Shown here: in pieces, positions 23,801-38,800 of the stretch
Position numbering within the stretch: the stretch's first letter is position 1
Layout of the letters: each line of letters begins with the position of its first letter
Assembly (NCBI GenBank): GCA_002633005.1
Contig: NMRA01000248.1
Coordinates: 387,846-451,845 of the forward strand
Reading direction: 5' to 3'
Source of the DNA: Phoronis australis
Taxonomy: Eukaryota > Animalia > Phoronida
Length of the DNA stretch: 64,000 nt
Notes under the pieces: generated by a model
What the model was told of the DNA's origin: nothing
Databases searched by the model: none
Seen by the model: only the letters and a program-made list of their open reading frames with translations
Translations under genes and position numbers: made by a program

Positions 23801-26800
23801 TCCACTACAACTTAGCCTTGTTGCCTTATGAACATTTTCAAAATACTATTCCAACACACTACTTGAGATATTACACAGGCAGGTCATATGTGAACTTCTG
23901 GCAAAAATGTGCGGAATTACAACCACAGGAGCAGGTTTACACTAGTCAGGAGAGTATAAAGATCGTTGAACTTTCGTAACTATCTAAGATATGATGCCAA
24001 CTGTCTGGATGGAAACCTTATTATGTGATCCTTAGACAGAAAATATACAAATTAAGATAAAATGTTTTTAAGATTCACAGGCAACACAGTGGGGGTTGGT
24101 GGCAACCAGGGATTATATCTTGAAACATTCCAGCAACTGCTCAGGAGAGCATTTAGTATTCCAGTCAAAGAATTAGCTGAAACTGATTTTCCTTCAAAGT
24201 GCATTTTAAAATTTTGATTGCCACAAAGTTTAATGGGTGTATTTGTTACAAACTTTGTACAAGGTGTTTCAGATTTTATCTTTAACTTACAAAAGCTATT
24301 TAGGCGCTGGTCACATTCAAATTAATGGTATGCCGTGGCAGTAACAAGAAAGAGTCTCTGTAATAAAACTGCAAACAACATCTGAACCTGCAGATAGCAT
24401 TAACAGAGAAATTGATAGCATACCAGTGTTAACTAGTACACACCAACATTTGTTAGGTAATGCAAAATGGTTACCACTGGCAAATAGAACAAACGAGTGC
24501 TCATTCACACGCGAGCCATCCATTTGGAGAATTTTGATTTTCAACCACTAGGTGAGAAAAAACTCGCATATGCCTTGCCCGAGCTGCCAGCAAGCTTTTA
24601 AATACATCATTTTCCTTTTCCACATTATTCTTATTTAAAACGTATCCCATAATTCCAAGACACCCTGTCTATTTTATTTCAGCCCAACACTGAACACAAT
24701 TCTAAAGTGTTCAACCACGTAATCTCAATCAAATCTAAACCTATTGTTGTAGTGTCTAAAGCCTCAAGGACCAAACATCAATTGTCAGTTTATCTGGTCT
24801 ATAACAGAACCCAGTGGCCCTAATGTGAGTACACTGGCAGAGCCCAGTAGTGTCTGTGTGTGTACAAGGGAACTGATAATCACCCAAGGAGTTGAGCTGA
24901 TTGTGAAATGCCAAGCAGACAGGGCAAACAGAACTAGACTTATTTGTGGGTTGACATGGTCTTCCTGTAACTAATCAACCACTGGTTCCTGTTGGCTACC
25001 AATATCAAGACTGCTTCATTGTACAGTTATAAACTGTTGTAATACACCCACCCAGGAGGGTGTCTTGTTGTCTAGTTCATGCAAAACAATAGTCTTGCAC
25101 TAAATGTACTTTTAAACTAAGATACACAAAGTCACAAAGCATCTTTCAACACAGCTAATTAAAGAAAGTTCAAAAGAAAATTGTCTTTGTTTATGAAAGG
25201 GTCAGAACAATAAAGGACATGCCTCCAGACAGTAACAATAGCAGTATTCTTTGTTGTAAAATTTTAAACCATACAACCTTGAGACACAATACATTGTTTA
25301 CAGATGCATTTCGTCCAGTTTATATCTGGCTAAAACATGAAAATCAAATCAGGCCTTTTACTATCGTAATATCATGAGTTTGATTTTATAAAAGCCCAAT
25401 TAGATTTCCATTCCTAGCCAGTTAAATAGAGTGAAATTTAAAGTTCAAAATATGAGCACAAATTAGCAACAAGAAGCTTCTGGCGACCCCCCCCCCCTCC
25501 AGCCACAAACTTGTTTTTTAATGTTGGGAAATGTATTATTTACAACGTTTTACAGCAATTTTAATTATCCATTGAACTTGTCAGCAAAAAGCTTATCTAG
25601 TGAATGTCCAGCATTTCACAAGAGCTGTAATGATGACCCATGCCTGTCTGTGTTTATTTATTCTGTTGAAAAGTCCACTCTGGTTCACAGTTCAACCAAG
25701 TTGATCACTTGTTGGAGAGGTATGAAAAATAAACTNTACAGTTATAAACTGTTGTAATACACCCACCCAGGAGGGTGTCTTGTTGTCTATGCAAAACAAT
25801 AGTCTTGCACTAAATGTACTTTTAAACTAAGATACACAAAGTCACAAAGCATCTTTCAACACAGCTAATTGAAGAAAGTTCAAAGGAAAATTGTCTTTGT
25901 TTATGAAAGGGTCAGAACAATAAAGGATATGCCTCCAGACAGTAACAATAGCAGTATTCTTTGTTGTAAAATTTTAAACCATACAACCTTGAGACACAAT
26001 ACACTGTTTACAGATGCATTTCGTCCAGCTTATATCTGGCTAAAACATGAAAATCAAATCAGGCCTTTTACTATCGTAATATCATGAGTTTGATTTTATA
26101 AAAGCCCAATTAGATTTCCCTTCCTAGCCAGTTAAATAGAGTGAAATTTAAAGTTCAAAATATGAGCACAAATTAGCAACAAGAAGCTTCTGGCGACCCC
26201 CCCTCCAGCCACAAACTTGTTTTTTAATGTTGGGAAATGTATTATTTACAACTTTTTACAGCAATTTTAATTATCCATTGAACTTGTCAGCAAAAAGCTT
26301 ATCTAGTGAATGTCCAGCATTTCACAAGAGCTGTAATGATGACCCATGCCTGTCTGTGTTTATTTATTCTGTTGAAAAGTCCACTCTGGTTCACAGTTCA
26401 ACCAAGTTGATCACTTGTTGGAGAGGTATGAAAAATAAACTATGGCCACCTTAATTAACCTTAATGGGGATCAAACAGTTGTGGAAATACAACTCAAGGC
26501 CACATACCAGTTGTATTTGACATAATTCATGAGTGAGGTAGACACTTGGAGAAATATAACAGTTTGACAAAATGCCACACACTGCATACTGCTGAGGAGC
26601 ACAACATGGTAAACACTCCTCAGTTTGGAACACAACTATGGCGGCGGTCAGGTGAAATTTTGTTTTGTCAAACTTCTAAACAAAATTTACTCCGCTTTTA
26701 GCATGGTTTATATGACGTAGGTATCACCAAACAACATTTGGTAAGCATCTGAAAAACAGCAATTCAACAAAATATTTTATCCTAAATTATTTTTTTACCG

Positions 26801-29800
26801 GAGGTTGAGTTATAAAATCCCATGACAATGTTTTCTAGACAAAAGTTGACGTCAACCGACTACTTATTCGTACATTGTTATGAGCAACAGTTTGAAATAG
26901 CTCGCAAAATGTTCAGGAATTTCTTATATCAGATTCCAAACAGGATCCTCCATTTCAGTTATCAAGATTGATGATAAACTGACCAGTGGTAAGTAAGTAG
27001 TAGTAAGGTACAACACCTTAGTGTAAACATTTTACAAACTGTGGCCTTGATATTGCCAGGGAAGTGTTGTTATCTGCCTTACTGCAGTTGAGCAGACTAA
27101 ATAATAATGAACAAATAGGGTATGTATAGAGTTGGGTGATACACTTTCTAATTTTAGGTTTAGATATCACACACTGGTATTGAGAATGGACAACTGGATG
27201 AACGGGAGACTGGTAGTGTTAATTTGTGGCTTTAGTACAAAATTTCCGCAGGTGCCGATTCAGGAGGAGTTCAGGGATCACTCCTGCCCCCATGCTAGGC
27301 CACATGATTGTGTATACACACCTGACAGTGCGAGAGTTGTATTTTCTGTTTGTGAGGCATGGAATACAGGTCTTGACAAATGACTGATCAGCCACAGATT
27401 TCTTAAAATACCTCCAACATAACCGACAGAAAATCTTGCACTTAGCGCCCTTGTGGGTGACCTTGGGAAATTCTACTTACTTGTGACCCATTTCATGCGC
27501 GACGGTGAAAGCAGACGCCAAACCAATGTCCTCATTGATACTGCAGCTGCGATCCTCCTCGCACATCCCAGCAACTGGAGCTAAACCTGGGCACAAACAA
27601 TGAACGGATTTGAAATACCGATTACTTAATTTGTAATATTAAAATCTCAATTGATGGCCTCACTGGCAAATTTTGACAAATACATAATGAAGGTTTGTCC
27701 TCTATTTTTCTAACTCCCTTGTAAGAAGAGTGGCATTGAACAAGTGGCTGATGTTAGTTTACATCTTAAGCCATTAATCTGTACACAAGTAAACACTAGG
27801 GAAGTGGAAAATGCCTTTATATGACATATCTCAATAAACAATTACTTACATCCAGTCAGTAGTTTATAGTGAACCTGGATTTAAACAGCACTTTCACAAT
27901 GGTTGGTTGACCACATGAAGGGTTTGCCATGCAATGTCATATCATGTCATATCATGTCATATCATGTCATATCATGTCATATCATGTCATATCAAAACTG
28001 TACATTTATGGACATTCTTACACTAACTGTTCAGACCAACTCACCTAAAGTTCCACACGGCTCATTTTTGTATGTGCAAATATCATACCTAAAAAGTAAA
28101 GAATCATTTATCACTTGATCATGCCACAGTTAAAAAACTTTTAAGAACTTTCCTTGGTCTATCGTTCTTCATAAAAATTCAGATTTGTTGTTAAACCGTG
28201 CCATTTCTTTTTTAACAAATTCCATTGTCCAAGCAATCTCAAATTGATGAAGTACAACTAAACAATGTGGTCTGTGTTGCTGTTTAACACATGACTTGAC
28301 AAATAGTTACATATTTGTGGCATACTTTTAACTTATCACAGCCCTGGTCTCAACTGACATATCTCTGATAGAGAAAAACAAACAGAGAACAAAGGAATAC
28401 AAACACATTGGCAGGTTGCCACGGAAACAGCTACCAGTGGCACTGTTTACACTAATTCAACTCTAATAACTGTCAACTGGGTCTTCATTGCAGCCTACTT
28501 TTTCAAATCCAATGTTGAAACAAATTTCCCATATTCAAGTGACAAACTTACAATTATCTTAAAATAAATTTATAATTTTATTCATCATGTAGCAATTAAG
28601 CATAAAAATACACCATACTGGTGAGAACACAAAAAACAGGAAAATCAAGTCGCCTATTTTTAACTAATTCGACTTACCTTGTTAAAAGAATAGCATTGTC
28701 ATGGTGTGCAACCGCTTTGTTACGTCTTAGCTTATTGGCTGAGGGATTGACTTTACGCTGCCATTGACAAAAACTGTCCAATGATTTGTCAGCATCGTGT
28801 GAGATCTTTAATGTAGGCTGGAATAAGTCACAACAAATGAGCACAAATCAAGCATCCAGAACACCACCTGGTACGATACAATTTGAAAGTCCGACAAAAA
28901 CATAATACCGAATGAAATGCATGCTGGGAAGGAGGTAGATAGTCAACGTACGCATTAAAATTTACTAAAAATAATGGTCGGAGAGTCCCTATAGGGAAAG
29001 GAAAAACAACATTTTTGAAACACTCGGAGGGAAGGGGGAGTTGGCCAAAATTATTGTGCGTTGAATGTTTTTGAAAATATTGATATAATAACTCAGAAAA
29101 TGTGATTTGTGCAAAGCATTAGTTTTCTTTACTTGCCTATGTTTGCATCTTTCCGTTCCTGTGAGGCTCTACACCAGTTCAGTGTTAAAGTGCAGCAACG
29201 CAGGTTACAAAACAGAAATCAAACAAACACTTGTAATTGAGCGTGTATAACATACCTGGTCTTCCGTCAGCAGTATAATGCGACTAACAACGATATGGAT
29301 TGAGTTGCCTATACTTGCGTCGTGGTACAAGGTAGCCACCTGAAAAATATTTGTGACACTAGTAACCTATGTTCAATTCAAACACTGAATAAAGGAGATT
29401 TGTTTCAATGAAAAGTGACATGGATTTATAGCAACTTCAAAATGGTTTTCTTAAGATGTTTTACTGTGATGAAGGAAAGAAAATGCTGATTACATTTCGA
29501 CGACTACATGGTTCTTAACAGTTTCAGTATACTACCAACACTTTTCAATAAGGTTTTGTAGGAAGTTATTGAAAAGTCTGAATCTTAAGCAAATTATCAA
29601 CAAAACGTTAAATTTAACTCAGCAAAAGTACATATAACCTGAAAATAGGAAGCCTGAAGAATTTAATTTTTCGTTTTTTTACAAATCTGTCATAAATTAT
29701 GTCATGCCACCTTGTCTCTTTATTACAATGATACCAAAACGACAGTATGTATAACGAGATGAAATTTTAATTCATATTTTAGTTTCAAGATGAGTTCTCA

Positions 29801-32800
29801 AAAACCACGTAACACTATTCTAAAATATCCGGCATTTCATTTTCTGATATCCCCTGGTTCAAAAGTAGAATGTTTCAAAAACAATTAAAGAACATTTTGG
29901 AACAAATAAGAGCATCTGCATCCAATCTGTCATTTCTGAGATATGATGTTTAGAAGTTAGCCTAATTTAGACATGTTTATAATGTCCTCCATAACCTAAC
30001 TCCATAAGTGTATGCTACATGGTAGTAATCAATGTCACTTTATCTAAGCACATAGGAGAAACACAGCATGAGATATTGAACCACACCACACTTATACTTG
30101 TACTGCTGGACAATGACCAGTGGATGACCACAGGGATATGGCCAAGGGGTAACCTGAGTTATTATGGTAATCTCCAGGATATGTCCACTACAGACCAGTA
30201 TTCTATTCAATGGCCTAACAAACTGACACAGACAATTGGTCACACCAGCTACAATACATCATAATTCACCATAGCCTGGGGATACTGTATGCTTGGTGAC
30301 CACAGAGGGACAACATTCAATTAGTAACAGGTTGTGTGGCCAGGACTCAAACAAATGTCTCATCCATGACTCATGGTGAAAAAACTCTCAAATATATAAT
30401 GAACCTTAGACTCATTGGTAATGTTATGCTTGACAATGAATGAAAAATTTTAATAAGCAAATTTTGCGTAATAAATATCAGGTGTTGGAAGCTCTAAACA
30501 ACTCACTATAACGGTATTTACAACTGACTAAATACATTGTTTTGTAAAATGTTTTAGAGTGAGAGGAAACAAGGAGGATACCTCTGAACCAAGCGTTTTT
30601 CTTTGTAACATTTTAATAACTATTGTAAGATCTTTTCTTTAGTAATCAAGTGGTGCAGTAGTGCAGAACATGTGTGCACCCTAAATAAACCGCACCACAA
30701 TTCAATTACAGGCAATCTTACAATTACTTGTATTTTGATTAATCATCCCATAACTTGTCAAAACACAAGTTATTGTGCAAAGTCCAAATGAGCAAAATTA
30801 ATGACCAACGCACCGGATGACCTTGGCAGACACAGGCAATAAAGCACCATTGAGGCTAGGATATAATGCAGCACAGAAAGAAAAACTATTACAACAGAAA
30901 AACTGAAGGTCTGTAACGAGGTTGGGACAGACTGTCACAGAATGGCTATTACGGGCGAATGTGCCCATTAAAAACAAGTGTATCCACTTTATAGGCCAAG
31001 TGCTTTGAAAAACACTCACGTGTAATATTTCCAGAATTTGTCGCTCATTCATAAAAACTGCGACTCCGCGCGAGCCATTGTTGAAAACTATATTCGTATT
31101 CATATTCACATAACTGTTACAATTTCCAGAAGACCATGCATGCATTTTATAAGTTTCGAGACTTAGGAATTTAGCAAGATTATGAAAACCACCACAAGAA
31201 ATCATAATGTATTACAAGTGTATGCAACTACTCTCAAGTGACTTGCCTTGATTACGAAGCCCTGAATAACACAAAAACGCTTATTTGGAGGGGTTGGCAA
31301 ACAAACAATATGTGTACTATATTCTTTATGCAAGCTCAGAACAAAAAATGCACCAGGAAAAACAATATTGCAATCTGTTGTAGACTGGGCTGCATGGGGT
31401 CTAGTATGAACACAGAAGAAATGATCAGTGGATTTCTACGAATGGCAAGGAAAAAACTGTATGCTTCTGTGCTGTCTTACACAGAGAAAGGTTCAGTAGG
31501 GGGCAGACAAACCACATCAAAAAATGAAGAGAGCTGAGGCAGACAAAGAAAACATTGAACCCACAGGGTCACTTAGCGACTCTCAGGTGGCGCTGTTTTG
31601 ACAGTAAACATGGCTGTTCATGGACAATACACATATTTGTTACAAATCTGCAAACGTTTTGCTTAGGGACAAACAATACAGCCTCTATTTTGCACAGTTA
31701 GACATATTGCATGAATCTATTTTTGAATTTTACCCATAAATATAGCTCAAATTCAACCCACAGTAGGGGATTGGCAGCTTTCCAACACGTACTATTTATA
31801 TCCTAAATTTTCTTAGTAACTTTTCCTTAAAAAAAGAAACAGTTCCCCTATTCTGAGCCATAAACATATCACCTACACATGTGAATAGTAAGCACTAAAT
31901 GATGGCATGTCAACAAAATTTACAATATCACGATTATTTAATGGCCCCTTCAAAATGATACTCTATCACTTCAACCACTTCTAATTCTTCTCTGTTCAAA
32001 TCAGATCAAGATCAGTGCATTCTCGTACAAAAATCAGGAACAGTAACTCTGCATATATTTAGCACACATATGTTAACCTTCTCAACATGCAACAGTAAAA
32101 TTTTGTAACCTTTTAATGTTTATTACGAAAAAAAAACAATGTACAATAATAAGAGTTTAACCTAGAAAGTGCTAGAAAGGATTATGTCTGGGTATCAGAA
32201 TGAGAAAGTAATCCTGATGATACATACTGCTGGCCACTGGTAGTAGTGTACAGCTGCATGCTGAGTGATGTAGGAATGCACAGCATTGTGGGTAAATGCC
32301 GTACAATGAGAGAGGGCGCTGTCGCATTTCAGGATGTGGTTAGAAGTTTTGAAGGAAATATCTGAAGAATGATGGTTGTGACATCACTAATTGACATCCA
32401 CAACTCATTACAGATATAGTGGTACGAAACTATTAAACTATGGATTTTAATAACAGATGCCATGCCTTATATTTCAGATCACAAATAAAACAAAAAATAC
32501 ACAATTTATTTACAGAATTCCTCGGGATAACCTACGAAACTGGGTTTCTACGGAAGGTCTAAATTCTGTTAGACACGAACAGCCACCAGAGGGCACATTT
32601 TTCGATTCTGTTAGACATGAACAGCCACCAGAATGCACATTTTCGACAACTGATAGTTCAGTGACCAATAAAACAATAAAAGGGGTGTTTGAGGTGAACA
32701 AGTCATGGGGGTAAATGTTATGACTGTGGCGGTGGTGGCAATTATTTTGCTTTTAGTGACAGTTGAGAATAAGCAGGTACACTGGGGGAAGCTTGTATAT

Positions 32801-35800
32801 GTAAATAAAGCCCTGATCTCTCTTCATCAACTCTTGCGGTCAGTGCAAACGCAGGCCTATCCAAATAAACCTAACTCAAGTCAATGACTGGGCTAAACTG
32901 TAAGAGCTGAACTTTTCCATCTCAAACCCAGAGCCATAAATCAAGACTGACCAATGGTCAAGACTATGTGATGGACAACGGCTGAGGGGAAGCTCCCTCC
33001 ACATGGAACTCTTTATCGCTGTGGGACCCCTTTGTTCAATTTCAAATTCTGGTGGTCAGGGATGGCAGAGTTAATGCAGAAGAGAGCCACTTTCATTCAT
33101 GGGCATTTAGCGACCGAGGACTTTTTTATGGATGATCTGAATCGTCATTTTTCAGCAAGGTGACAGCAAAGAACCAAAAATGCTGTAAAATTCCACTGCT
33201 TTAAACGTAAACTGAAGGTGGCGGTGCAAATACGCAAACAAAATACTCCATCACTATCAAGCAACTTAGAAAATTTCAACATGTCAGCACTATATCGCAA
33301 AATGGAGAAGGCGATACATTTACAGCCCACTGAGGTAGGTTGCATCACTAGATGATGCGCCTAGAGATTGCATTGCCTTAAACGCTGTGGGATTAAATGA
33401 CTTGACAAAATATCCAAGGATGAAAGTAAATAGGTTTCGATTAGACACCACACACTCAACCAGGTTGCCCTGTGTATCAAAAATAAATGGAAGTTTATTA
33501 AACTGTGCTCTGACTACAGTAGTCTTCAAATTGATACCATTACATAATTTTGTGTTCAGGGCTGCAATAAAGAACACTTCTAATAATCCTGGGGAAAATG
33601 TCATTAACATAATCCGCCACACCTCCCACGGAGGTCGTGTGGTGATAGCTGAGGGCCGGTAACCATTAGGGTGGGTGGGACAGCACTGGTCAGTCACTGG
33701 GTAACAGATGGGGATGGACAGGTGCCTTTGTACATACCACGCTAATTGAGGGTGGCATGTGAGGGAAAGCAGAAGATTGGGGTGAATGTTACTTTATTTC
33801 TTTTGATTAAATTCAATTTTACACTAAGTTAGAGAAATTAAGAAAAATTAAGGTTGGAGACAGATGCTAATATTCTGCAAGGCATGCAGTTCGATATTCT
33901 ACAGTACGCTCCACAGCATTCTTAATGTCTAATCACACTTCAATCTTAAGCAATACACAGCTTTTTGCTTTGGAACAGAAATCGTTTCTCTAAAATAACA
34001 CTTTTTCGGTTTGAAACAAAAAAATTCATTACAGCACAGGATCGCCATGCCACGCCACGCCACGCATGGCTCCCGTGCTATAAGTCACAGCAGACCCCCG
34101 GCAAAGTTGAACTTAATTAAACTTGAAAGGGGAGTGTCCACGCAAAATACCATTCTTAATTCATAAGTGTTAAGTAGAGAGACATTCCACAAAAAATTGG
34201 CGTGATAATGATAACAAAAATAGCCCGAGTTCAACCAACACATGTGGCTACAATATCCTGAGAAAAATAGATAGACTATCTTTTACACTGGTGCAGATAT
34301 GAGACCTTCCATTGTCAGCGGGAACTCTTGAACAATTGACAATGAGTTTAAGTTACCAGGGATATTGGTTGGTATGGAAACGTGAATGCAAACTTGAAGC
34401 TGCAAAGAATACGCTGTCTAGTAAAAAAGTAACTTTTGATTCAGGCCATTCACCGTCATAATGCTGGCCTCAAAAGTTGTTATTGTTTTTGCCCACAGGG
34501 TGCGTAAGTATCAGCTTTATCACGGAGTTGAAAATAGCAGGAGCGACTGTGTCGGCCATTGTGTATGTCAAACAGTTCAACAAATATTAAAGGGAAATTT
34601 CTTTTTAAGTGACTGCTAAAATTGCAAACAGAACATTCAGTCTGTCAGTGAATAAAACAGATTGTCATAATGCACAGGGCTTTAAATGGATTGGTCATTG
34701 GGTCCACCCTACAGGCATGGCCACTTATTTGCTGATCAAAATAAACAACATTACAGGCAGTCTGATACATGTTGCATCAGGCTAAATGAAATTTCTCTGT
34801 GACCAAAATTTAAAAATTTTACCGAAATTTCTTTATCGTGATTTTGCATGCTCTGGCAGTTGATAAATAAATCTTGACGTTAATTGACACATTCAGATCA
34901 TAGGAGACAAGAGCGACTCATTTGTACATTTTCATTCATCAAATGCTAAACTGCAATACTCCTGAGAAATCAGTTGTTATGTTTTGGTTACGAGTGTAAT
35001 ATTTTCGACTCATTTCCTTATGTAATCGTACATGTGAGCAATCATCACAGTTTTTTAGTAAGAAAACACAAAAACAAAATGAAAGGCAATTCCCATGAGA
35101 GAATATCCCCGCTACTCCCTGACGGAGACTGTGAGGCATACTGAAGCTAGTTTGCAGGACACTGCCTACTTGTTGGTGAGAGTCTATAATAACATAATGT
35201 GCTAGGATCCAACCACATGGGGGCTATAGATGGGGTCTAGCTGATGGCATCGGTTTTCTGGGAAACCAAACCACATATTATATGGTGAGAAAACTAGGAA
35301 CCAGGATGAAAAAACAAGCGAGTTTCGCGCCAAAAAGATGTCAGAGTGTGTTACAACAATAGGCATTTATTTTGCAGTCAGAATAGCGTGATTGAACAAT
35401 CAAAGGGAGGATTGTTTAAAAGTTTTCAATGCAAAATTGCATAAAATAACATCATGGTTGCAATATGTGATGTGTTTACATTGTGTCTGGACATGCTGAA
35501 CACTATAGTCGCCAACAGTCAAGCTTCAACCAGCATCCTGCCACAGCATCAACATAAGGGCCTTTCATACTAACGTCGACGCGTCGATGGTTTGGGGAGT
35601 TGCGGTCAGTATGAACGCTTAACTCCGGTCCTGGATCGCAGTTAAGAGCTCCAGTTAACATCGCAGTTAATAGGTGGATTTAAGACCGCAGCGTCGACGC
35701 TGGGGTGCAGTATGAACGCTTAACTCCGGTCCAATCGAAGTTATCGCCAGGTGCCACTGTTATCATCAACAGTTACAGAGTAGTGCCGTCACTAAAAACT

Positions 35801-38800
35801 ACTTATTTTTGGGTTTAATGATAATCAATCGATTTAAAAATGAGTTTTATGTCATTTAGCACATTTAAATGTTCCAAATTGTCACATTGAAAAAAATCTT
35901 AGCGTGCAGCGCTACCTTGCGATAACTTCGATGACGTCAGGGTCACCAACCCTTTACTTCGATGGTCATTAACTACCGAAGCCAGGTCCAGTTAACTGCG
36001 CTGTTTACGTCGACGCTCCGCTCAGACCGGAGTTAAGTCAATATGAAAGGGCCTATAGTCCTCTTCTCAATACACACGACAATATTTACATGTGCACCCT
36101 ACCTAGTGTTCATACACGGGTGCATATTATCATTATCCAAATTACGTATCCCCTCTATTTTCTGTTCCATTTCACAGGCACCACTCAAAAGCCAAAACAG
36201 CTGTCGAAACAATATTTCTAGGTGACCCACATCTATGCTTATTCGTTTGAAAACGTTTGCAAACATTCAAAAATGGTGAAAGACGAGAGTTACTCACCAT
36301 GTTCATTATACTGAGTATGTATGACTCGACGTCCGTCTTGCCGTGGTAACTCAACATAGATTTGTCTGCTACAATTAAAGTCTCCACAAAGTGTTCTGTG
36401 CTGGTCGACCGCCGCCTCCGCGTGCGCCATCTATGTTCTTCTAGAAAACCACCATCTTGACTGCTCGTCTCCAATTGTTTTTCTACATTCAATATATTTT
36501 TACTATCTGTTAAATCTGAAATAAAAGAATGAGACGACTGGCTAAAGGTTTAAGTGCAATATCAGAAGTGTAGCAACTATTTACGTGTAAGAAGAGCACT
36601 AGAATTAAGTTCAATTATTTATTTAGATAGCCACCATCTTCCTGATCACTGCCTCTTGCAGTACAACCCACCAGTGAACAAAGCTAGACCAACATCAGGT
36701 TAAGTCTTGAGTAGACATGTGTTCCCAGGTCCAGAAATCTTATTTAATCTGAGCAAGAAACAGTTTGAGGCCAATTTTGCAGCGCTCAGTAATAATTCAA
36801 AAGCCTATTTTGTTTTCGACATTTAAAAAACCCTTGAAATCCGGGGAAAATTGGTTTTAAGGAGACTTGTCACCATAGTAACACTAATGATCACGCTCCC
36901 TTCAGCAGCATCTAAGGATTTTGATCCATTCCACTTATTAGTGAAATAGGCCTATGCATATTTTCAAGATATGGTGTAACAGTTTATCAAGGCATGCTCA
37001 TAGTTGTCTGGGTCAATGTTCCTTCGCCCAGGTCAAGAGTAACTCTGCCCTCTGGCAGTCAGTCTAAAACTAACTATCAGTGCCAGCGTTTTCTCTTCAA
37101 GACCAACAAAAAATGTAACAATCGGGTACAAGAGAGGAATTGTAAGAATTCCACACACTAACTCTAGTGTGATAAAATGGTTCATTACTAGACATACCAG
37201 CACCGAGGGCAAACAGAATTCCGTAGATTTGCAATGCATGGAATTTGTTAGAAAAGGAGAGCAAAGATGTACCTAGGCAAAGTGTGAAAAAAGTAGAGAA
37301 GATGTTGATGATTAGGAAATGAACAGCAACCACAAATGAACAACAGACACAAATGAACAACAAACACTAACGGCTACACTACGGTAAATTCTCACCCATT
37401 GCCAAAATTACTTTTTCATTTTTAAAGACTTCTAACATTTCTGTGAATGCCTGCAATTTTTCGAAATGTTGCAGGTTGGTAACTAAACTACATATAATAA
37501 GTATCCTTTTGTTGTTACTAATTTTTAATTTCATGTTTCTGCCAAGTTGTGTCCAAAATAGGTGATGCTTTATTGTAATCCACTTCCATAGCTTTACAGA
37601 AACACTCTCAAATGTCTACAGTAGACAGCATTCCACTTGCACTTAATAAAATTTTCATAGGTTTCAATCCAATTAACTGCAACACGGTCATCCCATCCGG
37701 TTCAGAGTTAACCTAATAAATATCAATCTTAAGATGTGCAAACTGCGGTACTTCTTCGCCTATTTACTGTAAAATCTTACCAATCTTGCACAAAAATAAT
37801 TCCCAAAACTTTTCTAGTTTTCAACGGCTTCCAACCTTGTTGTGAATGCAGACTGAGGATAGCTACAGTATAACACTTTTAAAAACAAACCATTTACTTG
37901 GTCCTGCTCACATTTTATGAAATGAAAGAAAAACTAAAATCTTACTTGTTCGCCATATTGTATCCTAGCAACACACAGTGGACACATAAAATATTATTTT
38001 TATTAAGAAATGTTTAATAATATACTATTGTTAGCATATCTTCTGTGTATACATAATAGACAAAATTAGACTATTGTTAGAAGAGTTTCTGTGTATAAAC
38101 AATAAACATTTAACAATGTTTCCATTATTTGCTCTAAAATAATCATCCTTCTGAAAATGGAAAGTGACAATTTCGTCAATATTTTTTGCACGAAATAAGT
38201 GAACAAATTACTGCAAACTCAATCACACCATTCTTCAAAAAGAGAATTAAACAGATAAACAGGTCATGCACTCTACACTCAGCTGTTTCTTAACACAAAT
38301 TCAAGAGAAAAACACCAGCGTTTGTTTTAATGAACGATCATCATTATTTTCCAGTGATCCACACAGAATTCAAGTAATGTCCATGAGGGAACCTCAGAAA
38401 TGTTGATTGCTGACAGTTGTGATCATCATTTGTAAGGTCACAGGTCATGTGTCAAAGGCCAACTGTTAATGATGTAGAAGTCAGGTAGTTTAACTACTAT
38501 AAGGCTATTAAAACAAACTGTTTTTACATCTGTTTACAGACAACATTTTAAGATTTGATTACGGCTGGACAGATAACAACTGTATTTGTGAAGATAACAA
38601 TTATGATAGCAATAAAGATAAAAATGGTTTTAATTTATACATCAAAAAACAAACCAGGTTACATAACTACAGAAAAAAACTACAGAAAATCTATCAACCA
38701 TAACGCACAATCCACACGGGAATGTGATTTTGTTAAGATTAATGCAATACAGCTATACATCCACCCTGAACAGAACTGTCACAATGGCTGCTGTACACGT

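Noticed and set aside
30019-35139. Short ORFs in ADAMTS intron 4 (e.g. 30798-31205, 33320-33697)
   Set aside because: No domain resemblance or consistent splice signals; such lengths are expected by chance.
37946-37964. 19-nt exon-like segment (tgctAG...GTAAGA) in ADAMTS intron 3
   Set aside because: It would shift the frame, and exons 3 and 4 already join in phase 1. A poison exon cannot be supported without RNA data.
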